64,000 nucleotides of DNA from Planctomycetota bacterium (GTDB lineage: Bacteria > Planctomycetota > SZUA-567 > H5-PLA8), in the NCBI GenBank assembly GCA_038227875.1, contig JBBRPR010000001.1, positions 128,001 through 192,000 of the forward strand, in the 5' to 3' direction. The first letter of the stretch is position 1. The number at the start of each line of letters is the position of its first letter. The translations under genes and the position numbers were made by a program. The notes below the pieces were generated by a model. The model was not told the origin of the DNA and made no database searches. It was given only the letters and a program-made list of their open reading frames with translations. Shown here in pieces: positions 50,515 through 60,361 of this stretch.

Positions 50515-52146
50515 ATGGGCATGCGCGAGGCGACGCGGAAGGAACGGGTGGTGCAGGGGCTGCTGGCGCTGCTCTGCCTGGCTCCGCTACTTTGCGCGTT
50601 TTTCTTGAATGGTGGGCTCTCGTCGACTGAAACTGCTCCGACGGCAGAACAGATTGCATCGCATCGCTACGAATTGCTGGCGGCCGGGGCGCGCAGCTTG
50701 CTCGTTGCGCTCTCGGCAACGGCGGTCGCGGCGGGCGTGGGGATTCCGGCGGCGTGGGCGTTGGCGCAGCGGCGGCGGCCGCTGTTGATGCTGGTGCTCT
50801 GCGCGCTGCCGCTGGCGTTGCCGGCCTCGGTGGCGGTGAGCGGGTGGGTGCGGATGTTTGCGCCGGGAGCGGCGTCGAGTTTCGCGCCGCCGGCGATCAC
50901 GGCAGGCCAAGTGCCGCGCGGGTTGCTCTTCAGCTCGTTCGGCGCGGCGTTGATTCAAGGTTTCAGCCTCTGGCCGCTGATCGCGTTTGAACTCTGGCCG
51001 GCCTTCCGGCGTGCGCGGAGCGAATCGTACGACGCGGCGGTGTTGAGCGGTTCGCGGCTGCGCGCGTTTTTGCGCGTCGTACTTCCGCAGTGCAAGGGCG
51101 AACTGGCGGCCGGCGCATTGCTGGCGTTTCTGCTGGCGATCAGCGATTTCAGTGTCTGCTCGCTGTTGCTGATTCGCACGCTGCCAGTGGAAATCCACGA
51201 CGCTCTGATGTTGGGAAAGACCACCAGCGCGGCGTGGTCGGCGGCGCCGCTGCTGCTGCTGGTCGCGATCGCGGCGCTCTCGTTTTCGCGTCTGTCCAGA
51301 AGCCATTACAACTCCGGCACGCCGGTGCAACTGCCTGCGGGAGCGCCGCACAGTTGGGCGGCGTCGGTGCTCTTAATCGGCGGCGTGCTCGCCGGCTTCG
51401 CGGCGCCAATGGTCGGTTGCGCGGCGGGCATTCCCGCGACGGAAAAATCGATCTCGCTGGCACTGCGCGTCGGCGTCGATTCGCTGGCGCTCTCGGTGCG
51501 ATTGGCGGCGGCCGTGGCGTTGCTCTCCGGCTTGCTGGCGATCGCCCGCGTGCTCGCCTGGCCCGATACCCGGACGCGCGCGCTGAACGCGGCGGGATTG
51601 TTTCTGCTCGCGATTCCCGGCTCGTTTCTGGCGACGGCGGTTTTCGCGATTCAACTGAACGCGTCATCGACGTTGGAAGGCGCGCAGTTGGAGCGCCTCG
51701 CGGCGCTGATTCCAGCGGCGAGCCTGGGGCTGGCGCTGCTGGTCCGCTTTCTGTATGTGCCACTTCGATTGGTGGAAGAAGGGCTCGCGTCCGTCGATCA
51801 TGAAGTGCTGGACTCCGCGGCGCTGGCGGGGCATGGGCGGCTTTCGGTGGCGATTTCCGTCGCGCTACCGCTGCTCCTTCCGCACATCGCGGCGGCGACG
51901 GCGCTGGTGTTTATCCTGGCACTGGGCGAAATTCCGCTCGCCGACCGGCTCTCGCCACCGGGCGCAATTACGGCCATGGTCTGGCTTTTTCAGCAGCAGC
52001 ACATGGGCTACGACGCGGGCGTGTTTGGGCTGAGCTTCTTGATGGGCGCAGTTTGCGCCGGAGTCCTTTTTGCCACTGGCGCGGCGGCGGCGTTGGCGCG
52101 AAAATTGTTCCATCTGACGAGAAGCAGCGGTAGTTTTGAGTTTTGA
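50515..52146 (+). CDS. ABC transporter permease, FbpB/ThiP-type (two fused halves)
   Basis: About 12 TMs; two EAA-like loops (YDAAVLSG, LDSAALAG); TLPVEI. Confidence 0.85.
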   Translation: MGMREATRKERVVQGLLALLCLAPLLCAFFLNGGLSSTETAPTAEQIASHRYELLAAGARSLLVALSATAVAAGVGIPAAWALAQRRRPLLMLVLCALPLALPASVAVSGWVRMFAPGAASSFAPPAITAGQVPRGLLFSSFGAALIQGFSLWPLIAFELWPAFRRARSESYDAAVLSGSRLRAFLRVVLPQCKGELAAGALLAFLLAISDFSVCSLLLIRTLPVEIHDALMLGKTTSAAWSAAPLLLLVAIAALSFSRLSRSHYNSGTPVQLPAGAPHSWAASVLLIGGVLAGFAAPMVGCAAGIPATEKSISLALRVGVDSLALSVRLAAAVALLSGLLAIARVLAWPDTRTRALNAAGLFLLAIPGSFLATAVFAIQLNASSTLEGAQLERLAALIPAASLGLALLVRFLYVPLRLVEEGLASVDHEVLDSAALAGHGRLSVAISVALPLLLPHIAAATALVFILALGEIPLADRLSPPGAITAMVWLFQQQHMGYDAGVFGLSFLMGAVCAGVLFATGAAAALARKLFHLTRSSGSFEF

Positions 52147-52164
52147 GTTTTTAGTTTTGAATTG
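52133..52164 (+). repeat. GAGTTTT-type heptamer repeat, also at ~58921-58953 and inverted at ~45400-45432
   Basis: GTTTTGAGTTTTGAGTTTTTAGTTTTGAATTG. Confidence 0.75.
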
Positions 52165-52199
52165 TGTTGCAATAGATTGAGTTGTACGAGGGTCGGCGA

Positions 52200-52898
52200 G
52201 TGAACAGTTTGGAAGTTCGGGGCTTGATCAAGACGTTGAACGGCGATGGCGCGCAGCGCGGTTCGGCGGTGCTGCGCGGCGTGGATTTGTCGATCCGCCC
52301 GGGCGAATGCCTGGGGCTGAAGGGTTCGACGGGCAGCGGGAAGAGCACGCTGTTGCGCGCGATCGCGGGGTTGCTCAAGCCGGACGCCGGCGAGATCACG
52401 CTCGAAGGTGCGCTCCTTTCCGACGACCAGATCCGCGTGCCGCCGGCCAAGCGGCGCATCGCGATGGTCTTTCAGAATCTGGGGCTGTGGCCGCACATGA
52501 CCGTCAACGGCCACCTCAACTTCGTGCTCGCAGCCGAACCGTTGACGCGCGACGAGCGCGCGCGGCGGCTGACGGAAGTCTCGACCGCCTTTGTGCTCAA
52601 TGGACTCAACGACCGCTATCCCGCCGAACTTTCCGGCGGCGAGCGCCATCTGCTGGCGCTGGCCCGTGCGTTCTGCGGCGATGTGAAATTGCTGCTGCTC
52701 GACGAGCCGTTCACCGGTCTCGACGGCGCGTTGAAAAAGCGCGTGCTCGACACCCTGCGCGCCGAACGCTCACGCCGTAACCTCACAACGCTGCTGGTGA
52801 CCCACGACGACGAAGAGATGCGGGCGCTGGCGACGCGCGTGGAACACCTGAGCGAAGGCCGAATTCTCGAACGACTCACAAAAGAATGCGGAATCTGA
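52200..52898 (+). CDS. ABC transporter ATP-binding protein (FbpC/PotA-like)
   Basis: GSTGSGKS, MVFQ, LWPHMTV, LSGGE, LLLDEPF, VTHD. Confidence 0.93.
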   Translation: MNSLEVRGLIKTLNGDGAQRGSAVLRGVDLSIRPGECLGLKGSTGSGKSTLLRAIAGLLKPDAGEITLEGALLSDDQIRVPPAKRRIAMVFQNLGLWPHMTVNGHLNFVLAAEPLTRDERARRLTEVSTAFVLNGLNDRYPAELSGGERHLLALARAFCGDVKLLLLDEPFTGLDGALKKRVLDTLRAERSRRNLTTLLVTHDDEEMRALATRVEHLSEGRILERLTKECGI

Positions 52899-53021
52899 AC
52901 AACGAGCAGTGACTCACTAGCGGGCCGTGGGTATTGTAATTAATTTGGTCGTTGTCCTGCGCTTTAATTCCGCGCCTGACGACATAACTTATTTCATAGG
53001 TTTAGGTTAAGGTGTCCCGAT

Positions 53022-54038
53022 TTGATGCGCGGTCTCTCCCGGCCAATCGTGCTGCTGGTTACTGTGGTGCTTGTCACCCTGGGGCTGGCGTGGTTCCTGC
53101 TCGCGGGAGTGCGTTCGAACGCGTCGGCAGCGACGGAACCTACCTTTTATAAGACCCCCGATGGCTTCGCGAAGAAGTGGAAGGTGCTCGGAAAACAGGG
53201 CACGAATCTCGGCGAGTTCCAGCAACCGCGCGGCATCGTCGGCCTGAAAGACGGCTCGTTCGTGGTGCTCGACCGCGCCGCACGCGTGCAACATCTGGCC
53301 AAGGATGGAAAGCCGCTGAGCGTGTTCTGCATGAAGGATCACGAGCTGGGCAATCCGAAAGGCCTGTGCGAACTGCCCAATAAACACTTGCTGATCTGCG
53401 ACACGCACTACGGCCGGCTGGTGGAGATGACGATCGAAGGCGAGATCATCAAGTTCTGGGGACACAACGGTTTTGAGCCCGGGAACTTTACGCATCCGAT
53501 GTCCGCGGCGATCGATCTCACGCGCGGCTTCGTCTACATCGTCAACTACGGCGATTACACGGATTGCGTCGACAAGTTTTCGATCGACGGCAAGTACCTG
53601 ATGCGCTGGGGTACCTTCGGCACGGAGCCCACGCAACTGCAGCGGCCCAGCGGCGTGGCGGTGGATTCGGAAGGCAGCGTGTATGTCGCCGATTCCTGCA
53701 ACCATCGCATCTCCAAGTTCGATCCGGACGGCAAGTTGATCAAGAATTTTGGCGAGATGGGCGAAGCGCCGGGGCAGTTGCGCTACCCGTACGATGTCGC
53801 CTGCGGGCCGGGAGATTTGCTGTACGTCGTGGAATTCAACAACCATCGCGTTAGCGTCTTTGATAAAGAAGGCACTTTTATGCGGGCGATCGGGGGGCCG
53901 GGAATTCGCGATGGCGAGTTTCGCAACCCGTGGAGCCTGACGGTGGACGTCAACGGGAGGTTGATGGTCTCGGACACGGCCAACTTCCGCGTCCAGATTC
54001 TGGAATTGGAAAAAGAGAAAACGGTTTCGAAGATCTAA
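53022..54038 (+). CDS. Membrane-anchored NHL-repeat beta-propeller protein
   Basis: N-terminal TM; repeats such as PSGVAVDSEGSVYVADSCNHRISKF. Confidence 0.9.
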   Translation: MMRGLSRPIVLLVTVVLVTLGLAWFLLAGVRSNASAATEPTFYKTPDGFAKKWKVLGKQGTNLGEFQQPRGIVGLKDGSFVVLDRAARVQHLAKDGKPLSVFCMKDHELGNPKGLCELPNKHLLICDTHYGRLVEMTIEGEIIKFWGHNGFEPGNFTHPMSAAIDLTRGFVYIVNYGDYTDCVDKFSIDGKYLMRWGTFGTEPTQLQRPSGVAVDSEGSVYVADSCNHRISKFDPDGKLIKNFGEMGEAPGQLRYPYDVACGPGDLLYVVEFNNHRVSVFDKEGTFMRAIGGPGIRDGEFRNPWSLTVDVNGRLMVSDTANFRVQILELEKEKTVSKI

Positions 54039-54041
54039 ACG

Positions 54042-57000
54042 TTGTCAGTAAAGACGGACCGGGAGCAGCTGCGCGTGCCAGAGATTATTTGGGATAAACT
54101 TTACCTGTGGCTCGTGGCGCTCTCGCCGGTGATCGCGATGGTGATCACGCTGTTCGCGCGCAACTGGAATTCGATGTCGCCGGCGCGCATCAAGCGGTAC
54201 CTGATCGTCGTCGGCGTCTTCTTCGCGGCGTTGCTGGGCTACGTGGGCTACGACAGCGTTCGCAAGCAGGGCGAAGTTTCGCGGCACGTGCACGTTCAAC
54301 ACCCGGAAATGCTGCTGATCATCATCCCGCTGCTCGCGTTTCTGCTCTTCCTGCAGCTCAAGACGCTGTCGGGAATTTCACGCGGGCGCATGTGGACGGC
54401 CTTCCTGATCCGCGCCTCGATTTTCAATCTCCTGATCCTGGCGCTGGCCGGGCTGCAGATGGTGATTGAGCGCGATACGCTGAGCGTACTCTTCGCGCTG
54501 GACTGTTCCAAGAGCGTGCCGGAGAGCGAACGGCAGCGCGCGATTGAATTCATGAAGAAGGCGCTGCCGGCGAAGAAGTCGAATGACGAAGCGGGGCTGC
54601 TGGTCTTCGGCGGCAAAGGCATGCTGGAGAAGTCGCCCAGTCCGCTTTTCACCCCGCCGGACGCCAAGAACATCAAGTCGGTGGTCAACGGCGACGCCAC
54701 GGACATCGCGCAGGCGCTGCGCATTTCGCTCTCGCATCTGAACGAAAGTTCGCGCCGCCGCGTGGTGCTCTTCACCGACGGCGGCCAGACCACCGGCGAC
54801 GCGGCGGATGCGCTCAAACGCGTGGTGAGCATGGGCGCGGACGTCTGGGTCGTGCCGCTGTCGCGCGGCAACGATGCCGAAATGCTGATCGACAAAATCG
54901 TCGTGCCCAACGAACTGATGTGGGAGCAGCCGTTCGACGCGCACGTCTTTGTCTACTCCAACATCACCGCCCACGCCCGCGTGAAACTCTACACTGGCGA
55001 CAAGCCCGGCGAGAAGGATCCGCCGTCGCTGGAACAGTCCGTCGATCTCGTGCCGGGAAAAAATCGCGTCTCGTTCCAGGGCCTGCGCATGCACACCGGC
55101 GGCGCCAAGGAAATCAAAGCGGTGCTCGAACCGCTGCGCCGCGAAGATGACACGCTTTCGGAAAACAACGAAGCCTACGCTTTCACCGACGTTCAAACCG
55201 AAAGCCGCGTGCTGATCCTGACCAGCGACGTGAGCGAAGTGAAGTACCTGCTCTCCGCGCTGGAAGACCAGAAGATGACGCTCGATGTCCGTTCGGGCGC
55301 GACGCTGCCAGATAATCCGGAAGCGTATCGCGCGTACGACTGCATCGTGCTGGCCAACCTGGCGCGCGGATTTTTGAGCGAACAGCAGATGTCGGTGATC
55401 CAGAGCTGCGTTGAAGATCAGGGCGCGGGCCTGGTGATGATCGGCGGCGACCAGAGCTTCGGGGCCGGCGGTTATCTCGGGACGCCGATCGAAAAAGTGC
55501 TGCCCGTCGACATGGATCTGCAGAACCAGCGCGTGATGCCCAGCGGCGCGCTCTGCCTGGTGCTTCACACCTGCGAATTCGCCGACGGCAACGGCTGGGC
55601 GAAGAAGATCTCCAAAGCCGCGATCCACACGCTCTCGCCGCAGGATTATGCCGGTCTGATTTACTGGGGCGGCTGGAACAACGGCAGCGGCGAAACCTGG
55701 GCGTTCAAGCCGACGCTGATCGGCAACCGCATCAATTACCTCTTCAACCTGATCGACAATTGCGACCCCAGCGACATGCCGTCGCTGGAGACGATCATCT
55801 CGCTGGCCGTCACGGCGCTGGCCAATCTCAAGAACGTGAGTTTGAAGCACTGCATCGTGATCACCGACGGCGATCCGTCGCCGCCCTCGGCCGCGACCAT
55901 CGCCGCCGCGAAGGCCGCGAAGATCACGATCACGACGATCTCCATTTTCCCGCACGGCGGCGCGGACGTCTCGGTGCTCAAGGACGTCTCGGCGCAGACC
56001 GGCGGGCGTTACTATTCCGCCGACGATCCGAAGAAGCTGCCGCAGATTTTCATCAAGGAAGCGGCGGTCGTCCGCAAGAGCCTGATCCGCGCCGACGACA
56101 AGGGCATCCCGATTTCGCTGGGTGCGGTCGGTCCGACGCTGAAGGAATTCGGCACGTCGTTCCCGCCCGTTCGCGCTTTTGTGATGACGCAGCCGAAGAA
56201 ACTCGCCGAAGTGCAGCTCCACACCGTGGTCGACGGTGAAAAGATTCCGATTCTCGCGTCGTGGCAGCACGGGCTGGGCAAGGCCGTGGCCTTCACGCCG
56301 GACGCCACCAACCGCTGGGCGCCGGATTGGGTCAAGTGGCCGAGCTACAAGAAATTCTGGACGAACATGTTCACGTGGGTCAGCCGCCAGCGCATGCCGT
56401 CGAACCACACCATTACCACGCGCATTGAAGCCGGCGTCGCGCATGTGGTGATCGAAGGTTTCGACAACAAGGGCGATTACCTCAATTTTGCCAAGCTGGT
56501 CGGCAACGCGATCGATCCGGAAGTCGCGCGCGGCGGCAACGACAGCCAGACGTTTGACCTGAGTTTCGTGATGACCGCACCAGGACGCTACGAAGCGACG
56601 TTCCCCGTGACCAAGGCCGGCGCGTATTCGATCACGGTGATCGATCAGTCCGATCCGCGCCACCCGAACACGATCGTCACGGGTCTGGCCAACAGCTATA
56701 GCGCGGAATTTGCGCATCAGGAAGGCAACGAACTGCTGCTGACGCAACTGGGCGATATCGCGACGGGCAAGAACACGGTCAGCCGGCTGAAAGACCTGAA
56801 CAAGCTGACGGCGACGGCCGCCGACTGCGGCGTGTTCGCGCACGATCTTCCTCCCGCCAAGGAGCCCAGTGATTTGTTCTGGCCGCTGATCATCGCGGCG
56901 CTGGTGCTCTTCCCGCTCGACGTTGCGGTGCGGCGCCTGGCGCTGGATCCAGAAAAGGCATTTGTGTATGGCTCCGAGAAACTCTCGCCGATGCTCGTGG

Positions 57001-57302
57001 CCCTGCGCCTGAAGAAGCAGCAGATGCAGACGGCCGCCACCGAAGCGCTGGCCGGCAGCCGCGGCGTTCCGCCGAGCACGGAGATTGTCCCCAGCGGCGA
57101 AAACAGCCGCGCGGCGCAGAGTCGGTTCGAGCAGGCCGGCAGCAGCGCTGAAGCGCAGAACATGGATCTGGCGCCGAAGGCCGACGTGGGCAAGAAGCCG
57201 ATGGTCGGCGGCACCAAAGTCACTCCGACCGACGACGCGGCAAGCGATTACACGCGCGCGTTGCTGAAGGCGAAGAAGCGGGCGAAGAAGGATGACGAAT
57301 AA
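54042..57302 (+). CDS. Membrane protein with VWA and glutamine-amidotransferase-like domains
   Basis: TMs; LDCSKS MIDAS, FTDG; YDCIVLAN, LVMIGGDQSFGAGGY; second degenerate VWA (LHTCEF, ITDG, TGGRYY). Confidence 0.85.
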   Translation: MSVKTDREQLRVPEIIWDKLYLWLVALSPVIAMVITLFARNWNSMSPARIKRYLIVVGVFFAALLGYVGYDSVRKQGEVSRHVHVQHPEMLLIIIPLLAFLLFLQLKTLSGISRGRMWTAFLIRASIFNLLILALAGLQMVIERDTLSVLFALDCSKSVPESERQRAIEFMKKALPAKKSNDEAGLLVFGGKGMLEKSPSPLFTPPDAKNIKSVVNGDATDIAQALRISLSHLNESSRRRVVLFTDGGQTTGDAADALKRVVSMGADVWVVPLSRGNDAEMLIDKIVVPNELMWEQPFDAHVFVYSNITAHARVKLYTGDKPGEKDPPSLEQSVDLVPGKNRVSFQGLRMHTGGAKEIKAVLEPLRREDDTLSENNEAYAFTDVQTESRVLILTSDVSEVKYLLSALEDQKMTLDVRSGATLPDNPEAYRAYDCIVLANLARGFLSEQQMSVIQSCVEDQGAGLVMIGGDQSFGAGGYLGTPIEKVLPVDMDLQNQRVMPSGALCLVLHTCEFADGNGWAKKISKAAIHTLSPQDYAGLIYWGGWNNGSGETWAFKPTLIGNRINYLFNLIDNCDPSDMPSLETIISLAVTALANLKNVSLKHCIVITDGDPSPPSAATIAAAKAAKITITTISIFPHGGADVSVLKDVSAQTGGRYYSADDPKKLPQIFIKEAAVVRKSLIRADDKGIPISLGAVGPTLKEFGTSFPPVRAFVMTQPKKLAEVQLHTVVDGEKIPILASWQHGLGKAVAFTPDATNRWAPDWVKWPSYKKFWTNMFTWVSRQRMPSNHTITTRIEAGVAHVVIEGFDNKGDYLNFAKLVGNAIDPEVARGGNDSQTFDLSFVMTAPGRYEATFPVTKAGAYSITVIDQSDPRHPNTIVTGLANSYSAEFAHQEGNELLLTQLGDIATGKNTVSRLKDLNKLTATAADCGVFAHDLPPAKEPSDLFWPLIIAALVLFPLDVAVRRLALDPEKAFVYGSEKLSPMLVALRLKKQQMQTAATEALAGSRGVPPSTEIVPSGENSRAAQSRFEQAGSSAEAQNMDLAPKADVGKKPMVGGTKVTPTDDAASDYTRALLKAKKRAKKDDE

Positions 57303-57886
57303 TGAAAATCGCCGACCCGGAAACCAAACGTTGGACGCGCGATGAATTCTACCGCATGGTCGAGGACGGTTATTTTGACGGACAGCGCGCCGAATTAATC
57401 GGAGGTGAAGTACTGGTCATGAGTCCGCAAAACCCTCCGCACTTTTCGGAAATCAAGCGAATCGAAACGCAGTTGCAATTCGTTTTCGACAAGGGCTTCT
57501 GGATTAGAACACAAGGACCACTCTCATTGGGATTGGATTCGGATCCCGAGCCGGATCTGGCCGTCGTGAAGGGTACTTTCGAAGACTTTTCGAACTCACA
57601 CCCCACATCGGCGTTGCTGATCGTCGAAGTAGCCGACACCACTCTGGACTACGACCGCGGTCGCAAAGCGAGCCTTTACGCCAGTGCCGGAATCGCCGAC
57701 TACTGGATCGTGAACCTGCGCGACAACCAACTCGAAGTCTGCCGCAAGCCAGTTCGCGATCGTGCGCAGCAGTTTGGATTCCGGTACGATCAGGTCACGA
57801 TTCTGAAATCCGGAAGAAAGATCGCGCCGCTGGCGAAATCTAAAAGTGTTCTTTCCGTTGGAAAACTGCTGCCGCCTGAACGTTGA
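57302..57886 (+). CDS. Uma2 family endonuclease-like protein
   Basis: WTRDEFYRM, ELIGG, PEPDLAVV, LIVEVAD, KASLYA..GIADYWIVN. Confidence 0.92.
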   Translation: MKIADPETKRWTRDEFYRMVEDGYFDGQRAELIGGEVLVMSPQNPPHFSEIKRIETQLQFVFDKGFWIRTQGPLSLGLDSDPEPDLAVVKGTFEDFSNSHPTSALLIVEVADTTLDYDRGRKASLYASAGIADYWIVNLRDNQLEVCRKPVRDRAQQFGFRYDQVTILKSGRKIAPLAKSKSVLSVGKLLPPER

Positions 57887-57907
57887 ACGAGCGATAGAGG
57901 AGAAACA

Positions 57908-58915
57908 ATGTCCACCGAACCGGTCACCCAGCAATCCCAGGAATTCCGCGACGTCTTTCAGAAGCTCCGCGACGAAGTCGGCAAGGTCATGGTCGGCCAC
58001 CGCGAGATCATCGACGGTGTGCTGACCTGCATCTTCGCCGGCGGCAACTGTCTGCTCGAAGGCGCACCGGGGCTGGGCAAGACGCTGCTGGTTCGCACGC
58101 TCTCGCAGTGCCTGGACCTGCGCTTCTCACGCATCCAGTTCACGCCGGACTTGATGCCCGCCGACATCATCGGCACGAATATCGTGACCGAATCCGACGA
58201 CGGCAAGCGCGAGATGCGCTTCCAACCCGGACCGATTTTCGCGCAGATCGTGCTCGCCGACGAAGTCAACCGCGCCACGCCCAAGACGCAGTCGGCGCTG
58301 CTGGAAGCGATGCAGGAACATTCCGTGACCGTCGGCCGCACCATCTACAAGCTCGAACAGCCGTTCTTCGTGCTCGCCACGCAGAATCCGATCGAACAGG
58401 AAGGCACGTATCCGCTACCCGAAGCGCAGTTGGATCGTTTTCTGTTCAAGCTGAACGTCGGCTACTCCAACCGCCAGGACCTGGGCGAAGTGCTCCGCCG
58501 CACGACCGAAACGACGAAGTACGAAGCGTCGAAAGTGATCGACGGCGCGCAGCTGCTGAAGTACCGCAGCTTCGTGCGCCAGGCGCTGATCGCGCCACCG
58601 GTGCTCGACTACGCGGTGCGCCTGACGCTGGCGACTGTGCCCAATGGAGAATACGCGCCGGAAGCGACGAACAAATGGGTGCGCTTCGGTTCATCGCCGC
58701 GCGGCGCACAGGCGATGGTGCTCGCCGCCAAGATCCGCGGCCTGCTCGATGGCCGGTATCATGCGAGCTTCGAAGACGTGCAGGCTGTCGCGCTGCCGGC
58801 GCTGCGCCACCGCATCATTCTGAATTTTGAAGCCGAAGCGGAAAACATGAACACTGACAAGGTCGTGGCGGAACTCCTGCGGGACGTGCCGCGGGAAGTT
58901 GAAGCAGTGGCGTGA
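57908..58915 (+). CDS. moxR: MoxR family AAA+ ATPase
   Basis: GAPGLGKT, RIQFTPDLMPADI, LADEVNRATPKTQSALLEAM, ATQNPIE, LPEAQLDRF. Confidence 0.95.
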   Translation: MSTEPVTQQSQEFRDVFQKLRDEVGKVMVGHREIIDGVLTCIFAGGNCLLEGAPGLGKTLLVRTLSQCLDLRFSRIQFTPDLMPADIIGTNIVTESDDGKREMRFQPGPIFAQIVLADEVNRATPKTQSALLEAMQEHSVTVGRTIYKLEQPFFVLATQNPIEQEGTYPLPEAQLDRFLFKLNVGYSNRQDLGEVLRRTTETTKYEASKVIDGAQLLKYRSFVRQALIAPPVLDYAVRLTLATVPNGEYAPEATNKWVRFGSSPRGAQAMVLAAKIRGLLDGRYHASFEDVQAVALPALRHRIILNFEAEAENMNTDKVVAELLRDVPREVEAVA

Positions 58916-58965
58916 ATGGCAGTTTGAGTGGTGAGTTTTTAGTTTTGAGTTGAGAGCAATCGGAC

Positions 58966-59406
58966 ATGGCGGACGATTCCGAAGAACAGAAAGCGGAATT
59001 GTCGGCTGCGGAGCAGCAGGAGGTTCAGCAGTTCGACGTGCTGATCGAGCGGGAACGGTACGCGCGCAACACCAGCCGCGCATCTGCCAGTGAACTGCGG
59101 ATGATGCTCTTCGGGACAATCGGGCTGATGTTGCCGCTGGTTGTCTGCTACCTGGCAATGGCGCGGAGTCAGGCGCGGATAGTTTCGACGTACGTGGCGA
59201 TCGTGGCGATCGTCGTGTCAGGGTGGGGGGTGTACAGGTCGTTTCGCGCCAACGCTTCGGCCAAACCCAAAGGCGTCGGCATTCTGTACGGACTGGTGTT
59301 CGCGATGTTGTTTCTCTTTTACGGCACGATGCTGCTGAGTTTCACGTACGTGTTCGATCCGGAATCCGGAAAAATCATGCAAACGCCGACGATCGTCAAA
59401 CCGTAG
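58966..59406 (+). CDS. Membrane protein with three TMs
   Basis: Three hydrophobic segments; lies inside the moxR gene cluster. Confidence 0.7.
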   Translation: MADDSEEQKAELSAAEQQEVQQFDVLIERERYARNTSRASASELRMMLFGTIGLMLPLVVCYLAMARSQARIVSTYVAIVAIVVSGWGVYRSFRANASAKPKGVGILYGLVFAMLFLFYGTMLLSFTYVFDPESGKIMQTPTIVKP

Positions 59407-59434
59407 TATCGTCCAATCGTCCAGAGGACCTCCG

Positions 59435-60361
59435 ATGGCTGACGTTGAACAGGCACTGCCCGCTTCCGGTCCGCGCACCGACTCGATCCAGTTGCTCACG
59501 CCGGAGTTCATGGCGAAGCTCGGCGCGCTGGGTGTCGTCAGCCGCAAGATCCTGGCCGGAAAACTGCGCGGCGAACGCCGCAGCAAGAAGCGCGGCGAGT
59601 CGCTGGAGTTTGCCGATCACCGCCAGTATTCGCAGGGCGACGACTTGCGGCGCATCGACTGGAATCTTTACGGCCGCCTCGAAAAGTTGTTCCTCAAGCT
59701 GTTCCTCGCCGAGGAAGATTTGAGCGTCTACATCCTCGTCGATGGCTCGAAGTCGATGAATTATGGCTCGGTCAACAAGTTCGATTACGCGCGCAAGGTT
59801 GCGGCGGCGATTGCGTATGTCGGCATCAACAATCTCGACCGCGTCACACTGGGCGTCAACGCCGGGGGCAAGGAATACATCTTGCCGAATCTGCGCGGCA
59901 AGAAGCAGGTCTTCCGCCTCTTCGATTTTCTCTCCAAGATCCAGCCCGACGGCAAAACCGATCTGCTCGAAACCACGCGCCGCTTCATCATCCGCAACCG
60001 CCGGCCGGGCGTGCTGCTGTTCATCTCCGACTTCCTCGACCCGGAAGGCTACGAAGCGCCGCTCAAGGCGCTGGTCGGCAACCGCATGGATGTCTTCGCC
60101 GTCCACGTACTGGCCAAGGAGGAAGTCGAACCCGTTTTGACCGGCGACTACATGCTCGTCGACAGCGAATCCGGCGAACGCCTCGACGTCACCGCTTCGC
60201 GGCGATTGGTCGAGAACTACCAGAAGACCGTGCGCGGATTCTGTTCGTCGTTGCAGCAGTTCTGCTCCGCGCGCGGGATTGCGTATATGTTTGCGTCGAC
60301 CGATCTGCCCTTCGAAGCTTTAGTGTTGAATTACCTGCGCGCCGCAGGAATGGTGCGATAG
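59435..60361 (+). CDS. DUF58 protein
   Basis: EFADHRQY..GDDLRRIDWN, VDGSKSM, ISDFL. Confidence 0.95.
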   Translation: MADVEQALPASGPRTDSIQLLTPEFMAKLGALGVVSRKILAGKLRGERRSKKRGESLEFADHRQYSQGDDLRRIDWNLYGRLEKLFLKLFLAEEDLSVYILVDGSKSMNYGSVNKFDYARKVAAAIAYVGINNLDRVTLGVNAGGKEYILPNLRGKKQVFRLFDFLSKIQPDGKTDLLETTRRFIIRNRRPGVLLFISDFLDPEGYEAPLKALVGNRMDVFAVHVLAKEEVEPVLTGDYMLVDSESGERLDVTASRRLVENYQKTVRGFCSSLQQFCSARGIAYMFASTDLPFEALVLNYLRAAGMVR

